This document shows positions 55,262 through 64,000 of a stretch of 64,000 bases of DNA, in pieces; within the stretch, counting starts at the first letter, position 1; the number at the start of each line of letters is the position of its first letter. Origin of the DNA: an uncultured Clostridia bacterium (GTDB lineage: Bacteria > Bacillota > Clostridia > Oscillospirales > Acutalibacteraceae); assembly GCA_937892525.1 (NCBI GenBank), contig CALAEV010000016.1, forward strand, positions 7,889-71,888, given 5' to 3'. The notes beneath the pieces are model-generated. The model was given only the letters and a program-made list of their open reading frames with translations, did not search any database and was not told where the DNA came from. The position numbers and the translations under genes are program-made.

Positions 55262-56644
55262 ATGAAAGTACAGTTTACTGAAACCGTATTAAGAGATGCC
55301 AACCAATCCCTTATTGCAACAAGAATGCCTTTTAAGGATTTAGAACCAGTTCTTGAAAAGCTCAATAAGGCGGGTTACTATTCTCTTGAATGCTGGGGCG
55401 GTGCTACATTTGACTCATGTCTTCGCTATCTTAATGAAGACCCATGGGTAAGACTCAGAAGCATCAAGGCAAAGTGTCCTGATACTAAGCTTCAAATGCT
55501 TCTTCGTGGTCAGAACCTTTTAGGTTACAAGCACTACCCTGATGATGTTGTAAGAATGTTTGTTAAAAAGAGTATTGAAAACGGTATTGATGTTATCAGA
55601 ATTTTCGATGCGCTTAACGATGTTCGTAACATTCAAGTAGCAGTTGATGAAACAATTAAAAACGGTGCAATCGCATCAGGTGCTATTTCTTACACAACAA
55701 GCCCTGTTCACACACTTGAAAATTATGTGGCTCTTTGTAAAGAAATGAAAGCTATGGGTTGTTCTACAATCTGTATCAAGGATATGGCAGGTGTTATGAC
55801 TCCTGTTGAGGCAAAAGACCTTGTTGGTGCAATTAAAGACGCAATGCCTGAAATGCCTGTTATTCTTCATACTCACTGCACAACAGGTATGGCTTATATG
55901 ACAATCCTTAAAGCTGTTGAAGCAGGCTGCGACATTATTGATACAGCAACATCTTGTTTCTCAGGTGGTACTGCACAACCTGCAACAGAAACACTTTATG
56001 ATGCTCTTACAGGTCTCGGCTATGAAACAGGTCTTGACAGAGATACATTAAAGGCAGTTAATGACCACTTCAAGCCACTTCGCGACCAATACCTTGCATC
56101 AGGACTCTTAAAGCCAAAAGCACTTGTAACTGATACAGATGCTTTGACATATAAAGTTCCAGGCGGTATGCTTTCAAATATGATGGCTAACCTTGAAGAC
56201 ATGAACGCTCTTGACAGAATGGAAGAAGCTCTTCTTGAAATTCCTCAGGTTCGTAAAGATATGGGTTATCCTCCACTTGTTACTCCTCTTAGCCAGATGG
56301 TTGGTAATCAGGCAGTTACAAACGTACTTGTAGGCGAAAGATATAAGAACATCTCAAAAGAAATCAAAGCATACATCAAGGGCGAATACGGTAAGGCTCC
56401 AGGTCCTATTGACGCTGACCTTCAGAAGAAAGTTCTTGGCGACGACGCTCCTATTACATGTCGTTTTGCTGACACTCTTGAACCTGCGTTTGAACAGACA
56501 AAAGCAGAACTCGGCGATGTAGCTAAATGTGATGAAGATGTTCTTTCATACATTGCGTTCCCTCAACAAGCTGAAAAGTTCTTTGAGGCAAGAGCAGAAA
56601 AAGAAAAGAATACATTCAAATATTCAATCAAAAGAGTTGATTAA
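55262..56644 (+). CDS. oadA: Oxaloacetate decarboxylase alpha-type carboxyltransferase (HMGL-like TIM barrel), lacking a biotinyl domain
   Basis: ETVLRDANQSL, LECWGGATFD and IKDMAG motifs as in OadA/PycB/5S transcarboxylase. The protein ends without an AMKM motif. GGAGG precedes ATG 55262. Confidence 0.85.
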   Translation: MKVQFTETVLRDANQSLIATRMPFKDLEPVLEKLNKAGYYSLECWGGATFDSCLRYLNEDPWVRLRSIKAKCPDTKLQMLLRGQNLLGYKHYPDDVVRMFVKKSIENGIDVIRIFDALNDVRNIQVAVDETIKNGAIASGAISYTTSPVHTLENYVALCKEMKAMGCSTICIKDMAGVMTPVEAKDLVGAIKDAMPEMPVILHTHCTTGMAYMTILKAVEAGCDIIDTATSCFSGGTAQPATETLYDALTGLGYETGLDRDTLKAVNDHFKPLRDQYLASGLLKPKALVTDTDALTYKVPGGMLSNMMANLEDMNALDRMEEALLEIPQVRKDMGYPPLVTPLSQMVGNQAVTNVLVGERYKNISKEIKAYIKGEYGKAPGPIDADLQKKVLGDDAPITCRFADTLEPAFEQTKAELGDVAKCDEDVLSYIAFPQQAEKFFEARAEKEKNTFKYSIKRVD

Positions 56645-56656
56645 GGAGGACATAAA

Positions 56657-57256
56657 ATGACATTGTCAGAAATTTTAAGTGTTTCTGCTACTGGTTTTAT
56701 TGTCGTTTTAATTGTTCTTATTCTTCTCGCAGTTATTATTGTAATGCTTTCAAAAGTAATTCGTGCAGTTGAAGGTGGTGCAAAAAAATCAGTTGAAACT
56801 GAAGAAATTAAAGTAGAGTCACCTGTTAAAACGGCAGTCAGCTCCCCTGCTCCTGCTCAGACTCCTACACCAGCACCTACACCTGTTCAGTATTCAAATG
56901 GTGTTACACTTTATAAGACAGATTACAAAACTGCAGCATCAATTATGGCTATTGTAAGTCATGAATCGGGTATCCCACTTGAAAGACTCAACTTTAGTTC
57001 AATTAAACTTGATGACTCTCTTGAACTTTATAAAACTGACTATAAAACAGCAGCATCAATTATGGCTATTGTAAGCCACCAGACAGGTATTCCACTTGAA
57101 AGACTTGTATTTAAGTCAATCAATCTTTGCGACACACCTGACCTTTACAAAACTGATGAAGAAACAGCAGTTAAGGTTATGGCAATCACAAGCAAAGAAT
57201 CAGGAATTCCACTTGACAGACTTGTATTTAAATCAATTAAACTTATTGAAAAATGA
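56657..57256 (+). CDS. OadG-like membrane anchor subunit with a Pro/Ala linker and three tandem 39-aa modules
   Basis: N-terminal TM helix ([20 protein letters not shown]) as in Oad gamma. Then [14 protein letters not shown]. Then three copies of LYKTD..TA..(I/V)MAI(V/T)S...GIPL.RL.F.SI(K/N)L. Confidence 0.7.
   Translation: MTLSEILSVSATGFIVVLIVLILLAVIIVMLSKVIRAVEGGAKKSVETEEIKVESPVKTAVSSPAPAQTPTPAPTPVQYSNGVTLYKTDYKTAASIMAIVSHESGIPLERLNFSSIKLDDSLELYKTDYKTAASIMAIVSHQTGIPLERLVFKSINLCDTPDLYKTDEETAVKVMAITSKESGIPLDRLVFKSIKLIEK
56909..57250 (+). repeat. In-frame tandem repeat, 3 x 117 bp
   Basis: Units start at 56909, 57026 and 57143. Units 1 and 2 are highly similar at the DNA level; unit 3 is more diverged. 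Confidence 0.85.
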
Positions 57257-57270
57257 AGGAGATTATTAAA

Positions 57271-57696
57271 ATGAAATATGTTGTTACATTAAACGGAAAT
57301 GATTACGAAGTTGAAGTAAATGAACTTAACGAAGCAGTTGTTACTGCAGTTGTTCCATCAGCTGCTCCTGTTGTAGTTGCAGCTCCTGTAGCACAGGTTG
57401 CAGCACCAGCGCCTGCAGCTGCTCCTGTTGTTGAGGCAGCTCCTGCTCCTGCAGCAGCACCTGCACCTGTTGCAGTTGGCGACGGCACAAAAGTTACTGC
57501 TCCAATGCCAGGTACAGTTCTTTCAGTTAACGCATCAGTTGGTCAGTCAGTAAACGAAGGTGATGTTCTTTTCATTCTTGAAGCTATGAAAATGGAAAAC
57601 GAAATCGTTGCTCCTTGTGCAGGTACTGTTAAGCAGGTTATTGCTACTAAAGGTGCATCAGTTGCTACTGACGAAGTTCTTGCAGTTCTCGGCTAA
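57271..57696 (+). CDS. Biotin carboxyl carrier subunit with an Ala/Pro-rich linker
   Basis: Biotinylation motif EAMKMENEI and an AP-rich linker ([36 protein letters not shown]). AAGGAG precedes ATG 57271. Confidence 0.85.
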   Translation: MKYVVTLNGNDYEVEVNELNEAVVTAVVPSAAPVVVAAPVAQVAAPAPAAAPVVEAAPAPAAAPAPVAVGDGTKVTAPMPGTVLSVNASVGQSVNEGDVLFILEAMKMENEIVAPCAGTVKQVIATKGASVATDEVLAVLG

Positions 57697-57710
57697 ACAG
57701 AGGTGCAGAT

Positions 57711-58898
57711 ATGCAAATAGTTAACGCTCTTATTGAGCTTTTTAATCAATCAAACTTTGTTAACTTACCTTGGCAAAACTGGGTTATGATTCTTGTTTCA
57801 TTCGTTCTTTTCTATTTTGCTATAGTTAAGAAGTTTGAACCATTACTATTAATCCCTATTGCTTTTGGTATGCTTCTTGTTAACATATATCCCGAAATCA
57901 TGGCAGACCCTACTAATATGTCTTTTATCGGCGATAACAATCCGTTTGCTGACCCTAACGCTCATTGGTACGATTCCGGCGTATTAAGACTTATATACGC
58001 AGGTGTTAAGTCAAGTATTTTCCCTTGTCTTATCTTTATGGGTGTTGGTGCTATGACCGACTTTGGTCCGCTTCTTGCAAACCCATCAAGCCTTTTGCTT
58101 GGTGCAGCAGCACAGCTTGGTATTTATATAGCATTCATTGTTGCAATGCTTTCAGGTTATTTCACACCAGAAGAAGCAGCTTCAATTGCTATCATCGGTG
58201 GTGCTGATGGTCCTACAGCAATTTTCCTTACAGGTAAACTTGCTCCACATATGTTAGGTTCAATTGCAGTTGCAGCATATTCATATATGGCGCTCATTCC
58301 ACTTATTCAGCCACCTATTATGAAGTTGCTTACAACTAAAAAGGAAAGAGAAATTAAAATGAATCAGCTTAGAACAGTTAGTAAAGCTGAAAAGATTATC
58401 TTCCCTATTGTTGTTACTGTTATCTGTGTTCTTATTCTCCCATCAGTTGCTCCACTTCTTGGTTTCCTTATGCTTGGTAACCTTTTCAAAGAAAGTGGAC
58501 TTACTGACAGACTTTCAGACACAGCACAGAACTCACTTTGCAATATTGTTACTATTCTTCTTGGTACAACAGTTGGTGCTACTGCAGAAGGCTCAGCATT
58601 CCTTAATAAGAAAACTCTTCTTGTTATTGCAATCGGCTTACTTGCATTCGCAGCATCTACTGCAGGCGGTGTAATCTTTGCAAAACTTATGAATCTCGCT
58701 ACTGGTGGTAGAGTAAATCCACTTATTGGTTCAGCAGGTGTTTCTGCAGTTCCTATGGCAGCTCGTGTTTCACAAACTGAGGGTAGAAAATACAACCCTT
58801 CAAACTTCCTTTTGATGCACGCTATGGGTCCAAACGTTGCAGGTGTTATTGGTTCAGCAGTTGCAGCAGGATTCTTACTTTCACAATTTGGTGCTTAA
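57711..58898 (+). CDS. oadB: Na+-translocating decarboxylase beta subunit
   Basis: Multi-pass membrane protein with IIGGADGPT, GSAGVSAVPMAARV and MHAMGPNVAGVIGSA motifs typical of OadB/GcdB/MmdB. Confidence 0.9.
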   Translation: MQIVNALIELFNQSNFVNLPWQNWVMILVSFVLFYFAIVKKFEPLLLIPIAFGMLLVNIYPEIMADPTNMSFIGDNNPFADPNAHWYDSGVLRLIYAGVKSSIFPCLIFMGVGAMTDFGPLLANPSSLLLGAAAQLGIYIAFIVAMLSGYFTPEEAASIAIIGGADGPTAIFLTGKLAPHMLGSIAVAAYSYMALIPLIQPPIMKLLTTKKEREIKMNQLRTVSKAEKIIFPIVVTVICVLILPSVAPLLGFLMLGNLFKESGLTDRLSDTAQNSLCNIVTILLGTTVGATAEGSAFLNKKTLLVIAIGLLAFAASTAGGVIFAKLMNLATGGRVNPLIGSAGVSAVPMAARVSQTEGRKYNPSNFLLMHAMGPNVAGVIGSAVAAGFLLSQFGA

Positions 58899-58923
58899 AT
58901 CCAAACACAAACACATATAACAA

Positions 58924-58954
58924 ATGCCGTGGTCTAATTGACTACGGCATTTTT
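58924..58954 (+). terminator. Terminator of the decarboxylase operon
   Basis: ATGCCGT-13 nt loop-ACGGCAT followed by TTTT. Overlaps the 3' end of the convergent sfsA. Confidence 0.6.
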
Positions 58955-59619
58955 AATTTTATTTTATTATTCATTACTATTTCTTCAGGCGTTACAATGC
59001 TATCGTAAACGAAAATTTCAACTCCGTTTTCGTGCGCCTTTTTCAGTTCAGTTGCAAACTCAAAATGAGTTTCATAATTTGGTTCAAAATATTTAACATC
59101 TTGCATTTGAATAAGGAACACTACACACGCTCTGTAGCCGTTTTTAACGGCATTTTGAAGTTCTTTTAGGTGTTTAACTCCCCTTTCAGTTGGTGCGTCT
59201 GGAAAACGCACTACACCGTCATCTTCAAGGGTTACACCTTTTACCTCTACAAAGATTTTTTCTGTTTTTGTTTCAACATAAACATCAAATCGAGAATTAC
59301 CATACTTATATTCTTGTTTAACAAAAATTATATCTCTAAAAATCTTGTTAAGTGACTCTGCAACAACAAAATTTGGGATTTGGCTATCCATATTGATTAG
59401 TCTATCGTTCTTTTCTACAGCAATAAGGTCAAATTGCGTTTTTCTGTTTGGGTTAGAACTTTTCTCAAGATAAACCGTTGCACCTTTTACGAGTAATTCT
59501 CGGCATCTGCCTGTATTTTTTACATGGCAGGTTTCTTCTTTACCGTCAATTTCGCAAATTGCAATAAATCGGTTTGGTCGCTCAAGAAATATGCCCTTAT
59601 AAATATCACTATATTTCAT
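58942..59619 (-). CDS. sfsA: Sugar fermentation stimulation protein A family (nuclease-fold DNA-binding protein)
   Basis: Motifs FLERPNRFIA, CHVKNTGRCRELL, EVKGV.L. Confidence 0.85.
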   Translation of the reverse strand: MKYSDIYKGIFLERPNRFIAICEIDGKEETCHVKNTGRCRELLVKGATVYLEKSSNPNRKTQFDLIAVEKNDRLINMDSQIPNFVVAESLNKIFRDIIFVKQEYKYGNSRFDVYVETKTEKIFVEVKGVTLEDDGVVRFPDAPTERGVKHLKELQNAVKNGYRACVVFLIQMQDVKYFEPNYETHFEFATELKKAHENGVEIFVYDSIVTPEEIVMNNKIKLKMP

Positions 59620-59678
59620 AATACACCAAAAAAAGACGGTGATAGTCACCTACCACCGTCCAATATTTTATTAAAGAA

Positions 59679-61268
59679 TTATTTTGTTGCTTTTCTTGCT
59701 TCGATTTCAGCAACCATTTCTGCCTGACGTTTTTCTGTAATTGTGTAGAAGAACATTGGCACTGCACAAGCAAACATACTGATAACGCCTGAAAGAACAA
59801 GCATATTCCAAAGTGTTTGTGCACCTTCAGCTGAAATGTAACCTGTTTCAGCATTGATACCTGCTGCTGCGAAAGAAATAACACCAATGAAAGCACCAAC
59901 TGCCATACCAATCTTATTGATAAGTGTCTGCATAGCGAAGCAAATACCCTCACCACGTTCACCTGTTTTCCATTCAAGGTAGTCAACAGTATCACCAATC
60001 ATAGCATAAGTGATAATGTTATTAACACCTTGTGGAATACCAAGAAGAACAAGACCGATTGCTGCAACAACGAGTTTCCATGGTTCGTCGTAACCTACGA
60101 AGTACATAACACCCATTACAACGCCACCGAAGAGATGAACAATAATGTAAGCCCATTTCTTTGTAAATTTCTTTGACATCCATGGAACAAGAAGTGATGC
60201 TACAAGACCACCAGGAACAACAAGAAGAGTAATCAAGCTATACATACCTTCGTTCTGAAGAACGTATTTTGCAAAGTAGAGACCACCTGTGTATGTATAA
60301 ACCATTCTTGCGCCACCAAAAATACCTGAAAGAACGATAAGAAGAAGTTCTTTATTCTTGAAGAGAAGTTTCATATTGTGGCCAAAGCTTGGTGGGTTAT
60401 CGTCTGCTGTGAATCGTTCTTTAGTGTTCTTAAAGCCATAGAAGAACATTGGAACTGCTGCAACAACAAGAACAACTGCTGCAATGAAATATACCCATTT
60501 AAGAGTATCAGCGTTTGCAATTTCCTGGCCTTTTATAACAGTGTTAATGAAAGTATTTGCTGCTTCATCAACAGTAAGGCCCTGATTTTCAACAAGATTT
60601 GCAATTTCTGCTGCTTTATCAACTTTAATCTGGTCAAGCATTTCTGCTGTGTATTTAAATTTTGCTGTGATACCATTTGTAATAATTGGAATAAACACAG
60701 TAACAATACCTGCACCCAATGTGCAAAGAAGACGAGTAACTGTAAGAAGGTTACCACGAACAACTGTATCATTAGTCATACAAGTTGAAAGTCCCCAGTA
60801 AGGAACATCGGCAACTGTATAAACAACAGACCAAATTATATAAATAATTGCAATAATAATAAATGTAGATGTTGCTTTAGCCTGGAACACAGGTAAGAAA
60901 CATGCAATTGTCATAATTGCAATTGGAATAGCCATCCATTTAAGGTAAGGACGACATTTACCCCACTTTGTTCTTGTCTTATCAACAATTGAGCCCATAA
61001 TTGGGTCATTGAAAGCGTCAAAAATACGAGTACCGAGCATCAAATAAGCAACTGCCATTGAGCCTGTAAGAGTACCGATTGTAACACCTTCTGCACCGAA
61101 AAGAAGTGCGTCTGTCAAGAAGATTGTAAGGTATGAACCGATGATTGTGCAAACAAAGTTCTGGCCGAAACCTGCAATACCATAAGCAAGTGCTTCTTTT
61201 GGTTGAAGACTTGATGGGTCATTAGGATTTGTGCCATAAACTTTATGCAAAAGGTCATTGATTTTCAT
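59679..61268 (-). CDS. GPH-family (glycoside-pentoside-hexuronide) cation symporter-like MFS transporter
   Basis: 12-TM layout, RIFDAFNDPIMG motif in loop 2-3, and an unusually long hydrophilic central segment. Confidence 0.75.
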   Translation of the reverse strand: MKINDLLHKVYGTNPNDPSSLQPKEALAYGIAGFGQNFVCTIIGSYLTIFLTDALLFGAEGVTIGTLTGSMAVAYLMLGTRIFDAFNDPIMGSIVDKTRTKWGKCRPYLKWMAIPIAIMTIACFLPVFQAKATSTFIIIAIIYIIWSVVYTVADVPYWGLSTCMTNDTVVRGNLLTVTRLLCTLGAGIVTVFIPIITNGITAKFKYTAEMLDQIKVDKAAEIANLVENQGLTVDEAANTFINTVIKGQEIANADTLKWVYFIAAVVLVVAAVPMFFYGFKNTKERFTADDNPPSFGHNMKLLFKNKELLLIVLSGIFGGARMVYTYTGGLYFAKYVLQNEGMYSLITLLVVPGGLVASLLVPWMSKKFTKKWAYIIVHLFGGVVMGVMYFVGYDEPWKLVVAAIGLVLLGIPQGVNNIITYAMIGDTVDYLEWKTGERGEGICFAMQTLINKIGMAVGAFIGVISFAAAGINAETGYISAEGAQTLWNMLVLSGVISMFACAVPMFFYTITEKRQAEMVAEIEARKATK

Positions 61269-61406
61269 AAAATCCCTCTTTCATAAATTTAATATTATGA
61301 TTATAACACAACACATTGTTGATTTCAATCTTTTTTAACAAAAAATGAACAGAAAATCATACAAAAAACTCCCCCATTTTCATAGGAGAGCTTAATTGTT
61401 ATAAAA

Positions 61407-62630
61407 TTACTGCTTTGCGCCGTTGTCAAACATTTCAAGAACCTTAACACTTGCTGCGAAACAATCTGCAAGACATTCTTTATTAAGAGCATCAGGAGTA
61501 TCAAGTCTTGTATGGTAGAAATCAGGAAGAGCATGGTTAAGTGCTGTAACACCTGTTGAGCGCATACCTGCCTGTGCAAATGCTGCTGAGTCAGTTGCAC
61601 CACCAAGTGGAGGAACTACACCTTTACCACATTTGATGCCGAGTTCCTGACATGCTTCATAATAAAGGTCTGAAACATCTTTATCAACTTTAACTGTTGA
61701 GTTAAGGTCGCGGTAGTTTACCTGCATATATTCAGGCTGTGTAATTGTGTCATAAGAATAAACGAATGTTGGAACATCGTTAAATTCGTGAGCATGTGCT
61801 TCGCACCATGCTTTTGCACCACGAAGACCAGCTTCTTCTGAACCTGTAAGAACAACACCGATTTCTGTGTTTTCAAGCTCAATGCCTTCGTCCTTAAGAG
61901 CTTTAAGGATTGCAATACCGATATAGCAGCCTGAAAGGTTATCATTGGCACCATCAACAATCTTGTTTCTGTTCCACATAAAGTAGAGACCAAACCAGAA
62001 TGGTGCAAAAACAAGACCCCAGAGTCCAAGCTTTGTGCCAAGCTCAGGATTCTCAGCAAACGCGCCAGCTACCTTAGCAATTGCAATACCAATTGTGTAG
62101 AATGCGCCAACGAAGCAAAGACACATATGAATATCAAAGCCAAGATATGTAAACATATATTTGAATGGCCATTCCCAAGCACCATCCGGATGACCGTTGA
62201 AGATAATTCTACGCTTAACTTCACCTGTTGGCTTTTTGAAACCTGCAGCATTGTGACCAATTTTTTCTTTGAAAAGCTTGTCAACAGTTTTCTTGTAAAG
62301 ACCAAACTGTAATACACAAAGTGTAAGGCCAACTACAATAAATACGATTGAAAGCACAGGCATAAAGAAATATGAAGCGAGTGCTAAGAAACAGCAAGAA
62401 ATTGTAATGTAAATCCAGCCAAAGAATGAGCCTGGGTTTTCTTTGAATTCATCAACATAAGTTGTATCGCAACCTAATTCCTTTAACTGTTCAGCCATAT
62501 ACTCACAAGCTTGTTGCTCGCCATATGAGCCAGGACCTCTTTTTTCGAACTTTGTGCAGATATGAGTGATTTCATCAATCATAAACTGAGCAGCATCGTT
62601 CTTTTTGTCAATAATCTTTCTTAAATCCAT
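61407..62630 (-). CDS. M28-family metallopeptidase with membrane-spanning insertions
   Basis: Metal-ligand pattern NGHPDG ... GANDNLSG ... GSEEAGLRGA ... ATDS ... YHTRLD. Four hydrophobic helices are interleaved in the N-terminal half. Confidence 0.7.
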   Translation of the reverse strand: MDLRKIIDKKNDAAQFMIDEITHICTKFEKRGPGSYGEQQACEYMAEQLKELGCDTTYVDEFKENPGSFFGWIYITISCCFLALASYFFMPVLSIVFIVVGLTLCVLQFGLYKKTVDKLFKEKIGHNAAGFKKPTGEVKRRIIFNGHPDGAWEWPFKYMFTYLGFDIHMCLCFVGAFYTIGIAIAKVAGAFAENPELGTKLGLWGLVFAPFWFGLYFMWNRNKIVDGANDNLSGCYIGIAILKALKDEGIELENTEIGVVLTGSEEAGLRGAKAWCEAHAHEFNDVPTFVYSYDTITQPEYMQVNYRDLNSTVKVDKDVSDLYYEACQELGIKCGKGVVPPLGGATDSAAFAQAGMRSTGVTALNHALPDFYHTRLDTPDALNKECLADCFAASVKVLEMFDNGAKQ

Positions 62631-62729
62631 AAAAGACTCCCCTTTTCAATATTTATGAGTAAAATTTTAACACATTAAATCGTAAAATGCAATAATTACA
62701 AATTAAGAAATATAAATAATTTATATCTA

Positions 62730-62758
62730 TTGACATTTTGCAAATAATTTCATATAAT
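62730..62758 (+). promoter_or_regulatory. Consensus sigma-A promoter for tRNA-Leu (TTGACA-17-TATAAT)
   Basis: TTGACA at 62730..62735 and TATAAT at 62753..62758. The tRNA 5' end is 17 nt downstream. Confidence 0.7.
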
Positions 62759-62775
62759 ATCACAGTTGAATATTT

Positions 62776-62862
62776 GCCGGTGTGATGGAATTGGCAGACG
62801 TGCTGGACTCAAAATCCAGTGGTAGCGATACCGTACCGGTTCGACCCCGGTCACCGGCACCA
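62776..62862 (+). tRNA. tRNA-Leu (anticodon CAA), class II with long variable arm, encoded CCA
   Basis: I folded it by hand. Acceptor GCCGGTG/CACCGGC. Anticodon stem CTGGA/TCCAG with loop cuCAAaa. Variable arm GGTAgcgaTACC. T arm ACCGG-TTCGACC-CCGGT. Discriminator A plus CCA. 87 nt. Confidence 0.93.
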
Positions 62863-62898
62863 AAAAGACCTTGAGAATTTCTCAAGGTCTTTTATTTT
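62863..62898. terminator. Bidirectional terminator (tRNA-Leu / radC)
   Basis: AGACCTTGAG-aattt-CTCAAGGTCT forms a 10-bp stem flanked by A5 and TTTTATTTT. Confidence 0.75.
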
Positions 62899-63694
62899 AT
62901 CCAAATATATATTTATATTTTTCGCTTTTGCGGAATGAGAAATAGTCATCACCGTTTCCGATTATTATATGGTCGCTGAGTCGCATACCAAGGTCATGCA
63001 TCATTTGTTCAACTCTAGTTGTAACATCAACATCAGCTTTTGACGGTGCCATAATTCCTGACGGATGATTATGTACAAGAATTAAGCTAGTAGCTTTATT
63101 TTCAAACGCTATTTTAGCGATTAAACCTAAATCAACAGGTGTGCGTTTCATATTGCCATTACTTATCTCTTTGAAACACAACAAATTACACATTGAATCA
63201 AGGCACATTAAGTACAGTCTTTCTTCAGTATAGCCTATAAAATACTTTGAGGCATATTTCGCAACAAGTTCAGCACTATTTAATACCATATCTCGTTCTT
63301 TGAGTTTATCTGTTTCGTATTTCCTGAACAGTTGTGGCATCATTTTAATTAAAATAGCACTACTTTCGCCAATACCATCTACCTGACATAAATCTTCAAT
63401 TCTTGCATCGAAAACTGCTGACAGCGAGCCAAATCTGTCAATCAACGCGTGAGCGACATCGTTTGTATCGCCTCTTGGGATTGCATAAAATAAAAGTATT
63501 TCAAGCACATTATGGTCTGCAAAGTTTTCAAGACCTTCTTTAAGAAATCGCTCTCTTACACGACTTCTGTGACCTATGTGAGGATTATCTTTTTTCTTTT
63601 TACTCGGTTTTGGTGCGTCTTTTAATGCAACACTTTCAAAATCATATTTAACCCTGTTTTTCTTCTCATACATATCAGGAATTCTTCTTGGCAT
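62897..63694 (-). CDS. radC: RadC-family JAB/MPN domain protein
   Basis: HhH region (LEILLFYAIPRGDTN..A..LIDRFGSL) and JAMM motif HNHPSG. Has a basic N-terminal extension of about 45 aa. Confidence 0.85.
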   Translation of the reverse strand: MPRRIPDMYEKKNRVKYDFESVALKDAPKPSKKKKDNPHIGHRSRVRERFLKEGLENFADHNVLEILLFYAIPRGDTNDVAHALIDRFGSLSAVFDARIEDLCQVDGIGESSAILIKMMPQLFRKYETDKLKERDMVLNSAELVAKYASKYFIGYTEERLYLMCLDSMCNLLCFKEISNGNMKRTPVDLGLIAKIAFENKATSLILVHNHPSGIMAPSKADVDVTTRVEQMMHDLGMRLSDHIIIGNGDDYFSFRKSEKYKYIFG

Positions 63695-63695
63695 C

Positions 63696-64000
63696 CTATT
63701 TAAACACCCTTTTAATGTATTTTCTCCAATTGTAAATATAAGTTGATAAAAGTCTTGTTAAAGCAATATCGTAAACTGCGAATACAATGTTACATATAAG
63801 CAACAATAACGGTAATGCAAATTTGCCTAAAAAATCGATATCTTCAAATGTAATCATAAATACCTTTGACACAACAAAATATGCAGACACAACTGCAATA
63901 TTAAATACTATATATTTTACAATCCAAGCGTAAATGCCGTTGAGTTTTTTCTCGATAAAGCCTTTAAGTATTGGATAATACCCAAAAAACATAGCGTACA
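63696..64000 (-). CDS. Membrane protein, C-terminal part (reading frame open to the right edge)
   Basis: The track ORF starts at ATG 63992, but the frame remains open through 64000, so the true start may be off-window. Three hydrophobic helices. Family not recognised. Confidence 0.4.
   Translation of the reverse strand, partial: YAMFFGYYPILKGFIEKKLNGIYAWIVKYIVFNIAVVSAYFVVSKVFMITFEDIDFLGKFALPLLLLICNIVFAVYDIALTRLLSTYIYNWRKYIKRVFK

Noticed and set aside
56909-57250. CRISPR-like or other non-coding tandem repeat
   Set aside because: The 117-bp repeats are in frame within a coding gene and have no spacers. No other regularly spaced repeat array is present in the window.
57303-57488. Ala/Gly/Thr-rich 61-aa antisense ORF
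   Set aside because: It is a mirror image of the GC-rich Ala/Pro linker of the biotin carrier gene. Low-complexity antisense frames stay open by composition alone.
62776-62900. tRNA-Leu as an integration hotspot for a genomic island
   Set aside because: There is no integrase nearby. I noticed no direct repeat of the tRNA 3' end elsewhere in the window, and the flanking genes (M28 peptidase, radC) look chromosomal.

Overview
Low-GC Firmicutes (Clostridia-type) chromosomal segment from an endospore former: spoIIID, ytfI/ytfJ, dacB and remA are all present. The taxonomic call is inference from gene content and synteny. Roughly 85-90% of the window is coding. Most of it is core housekeeping in familiar order. 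On the minus strand: thiN-rsgA-prkC-prpC-rlmN-rsmB-Zn peptidase-fmt-def-priA-rpoZ-gmk-remA-yicC, then rluB-dacB-ytfJ-ytfI-scpB-scpA-M50 protease-prmC-DUF1385, then a two-component system, cdaR-cdaA, a DUF3343/cysteine desulfurase pair, ispF-ispD and an aminotransferase. Also present: a perR-reverse rubrerythrin pair, manA plus an MFS transporter, FMN riboswitch-ribU, SAM-I riboswitch-metK, rqcH-nif3-trmK, type-2 ileS, a four-gene Na+-pumping oxaloacetate-decarboxylase-type operon, sfsA, a GPH-type symporter, an M28 peptidase, tRNA-Leu(CAA) and radC. I found no CRISPR array, transposase, integrase, phage gene, toxin-antitoxin pair or recognisable defence system. I therefore cannot point to a convincing new system, only to candidates. 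The non-core, AT-richer parts are two islets. The first is 33.9-36.0 kb: an orphan cytoplasmic Cys-type sulfatase, a 59-aa membrane ORF and an unexplained GGGGACGGTTyCTTG repeat family. The second is 47.7-52.5 kb: a membrane-tethered MerR, an LMW phosphatase, an XRE-TPR regulator with nested palindromes and a possible 15-aa divergent sORF, a PH-domain membrane protein plus a 59-aa partner, and two half-size TauE/TSUP genes head-to-head across a palindromic CCTCCGGAGG. Other points worth a second look: (1) cdaA-cdaR runs without a visible break into a lipoprotein + WalRK-like system where glmM is normally found; (2) two perfect 12-bp palindromes lie upstream of cdaA; (3) the Oad gamma-like subunit has a triplicated 39-aa module; (4) a hairpin buries the dacB Shine-Dalgarno; (5) three plausible small membrane ORFs and one edge-truncated gene are missing from the ORF track. 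All family assignments come from motif recognition by eye, not from searches.
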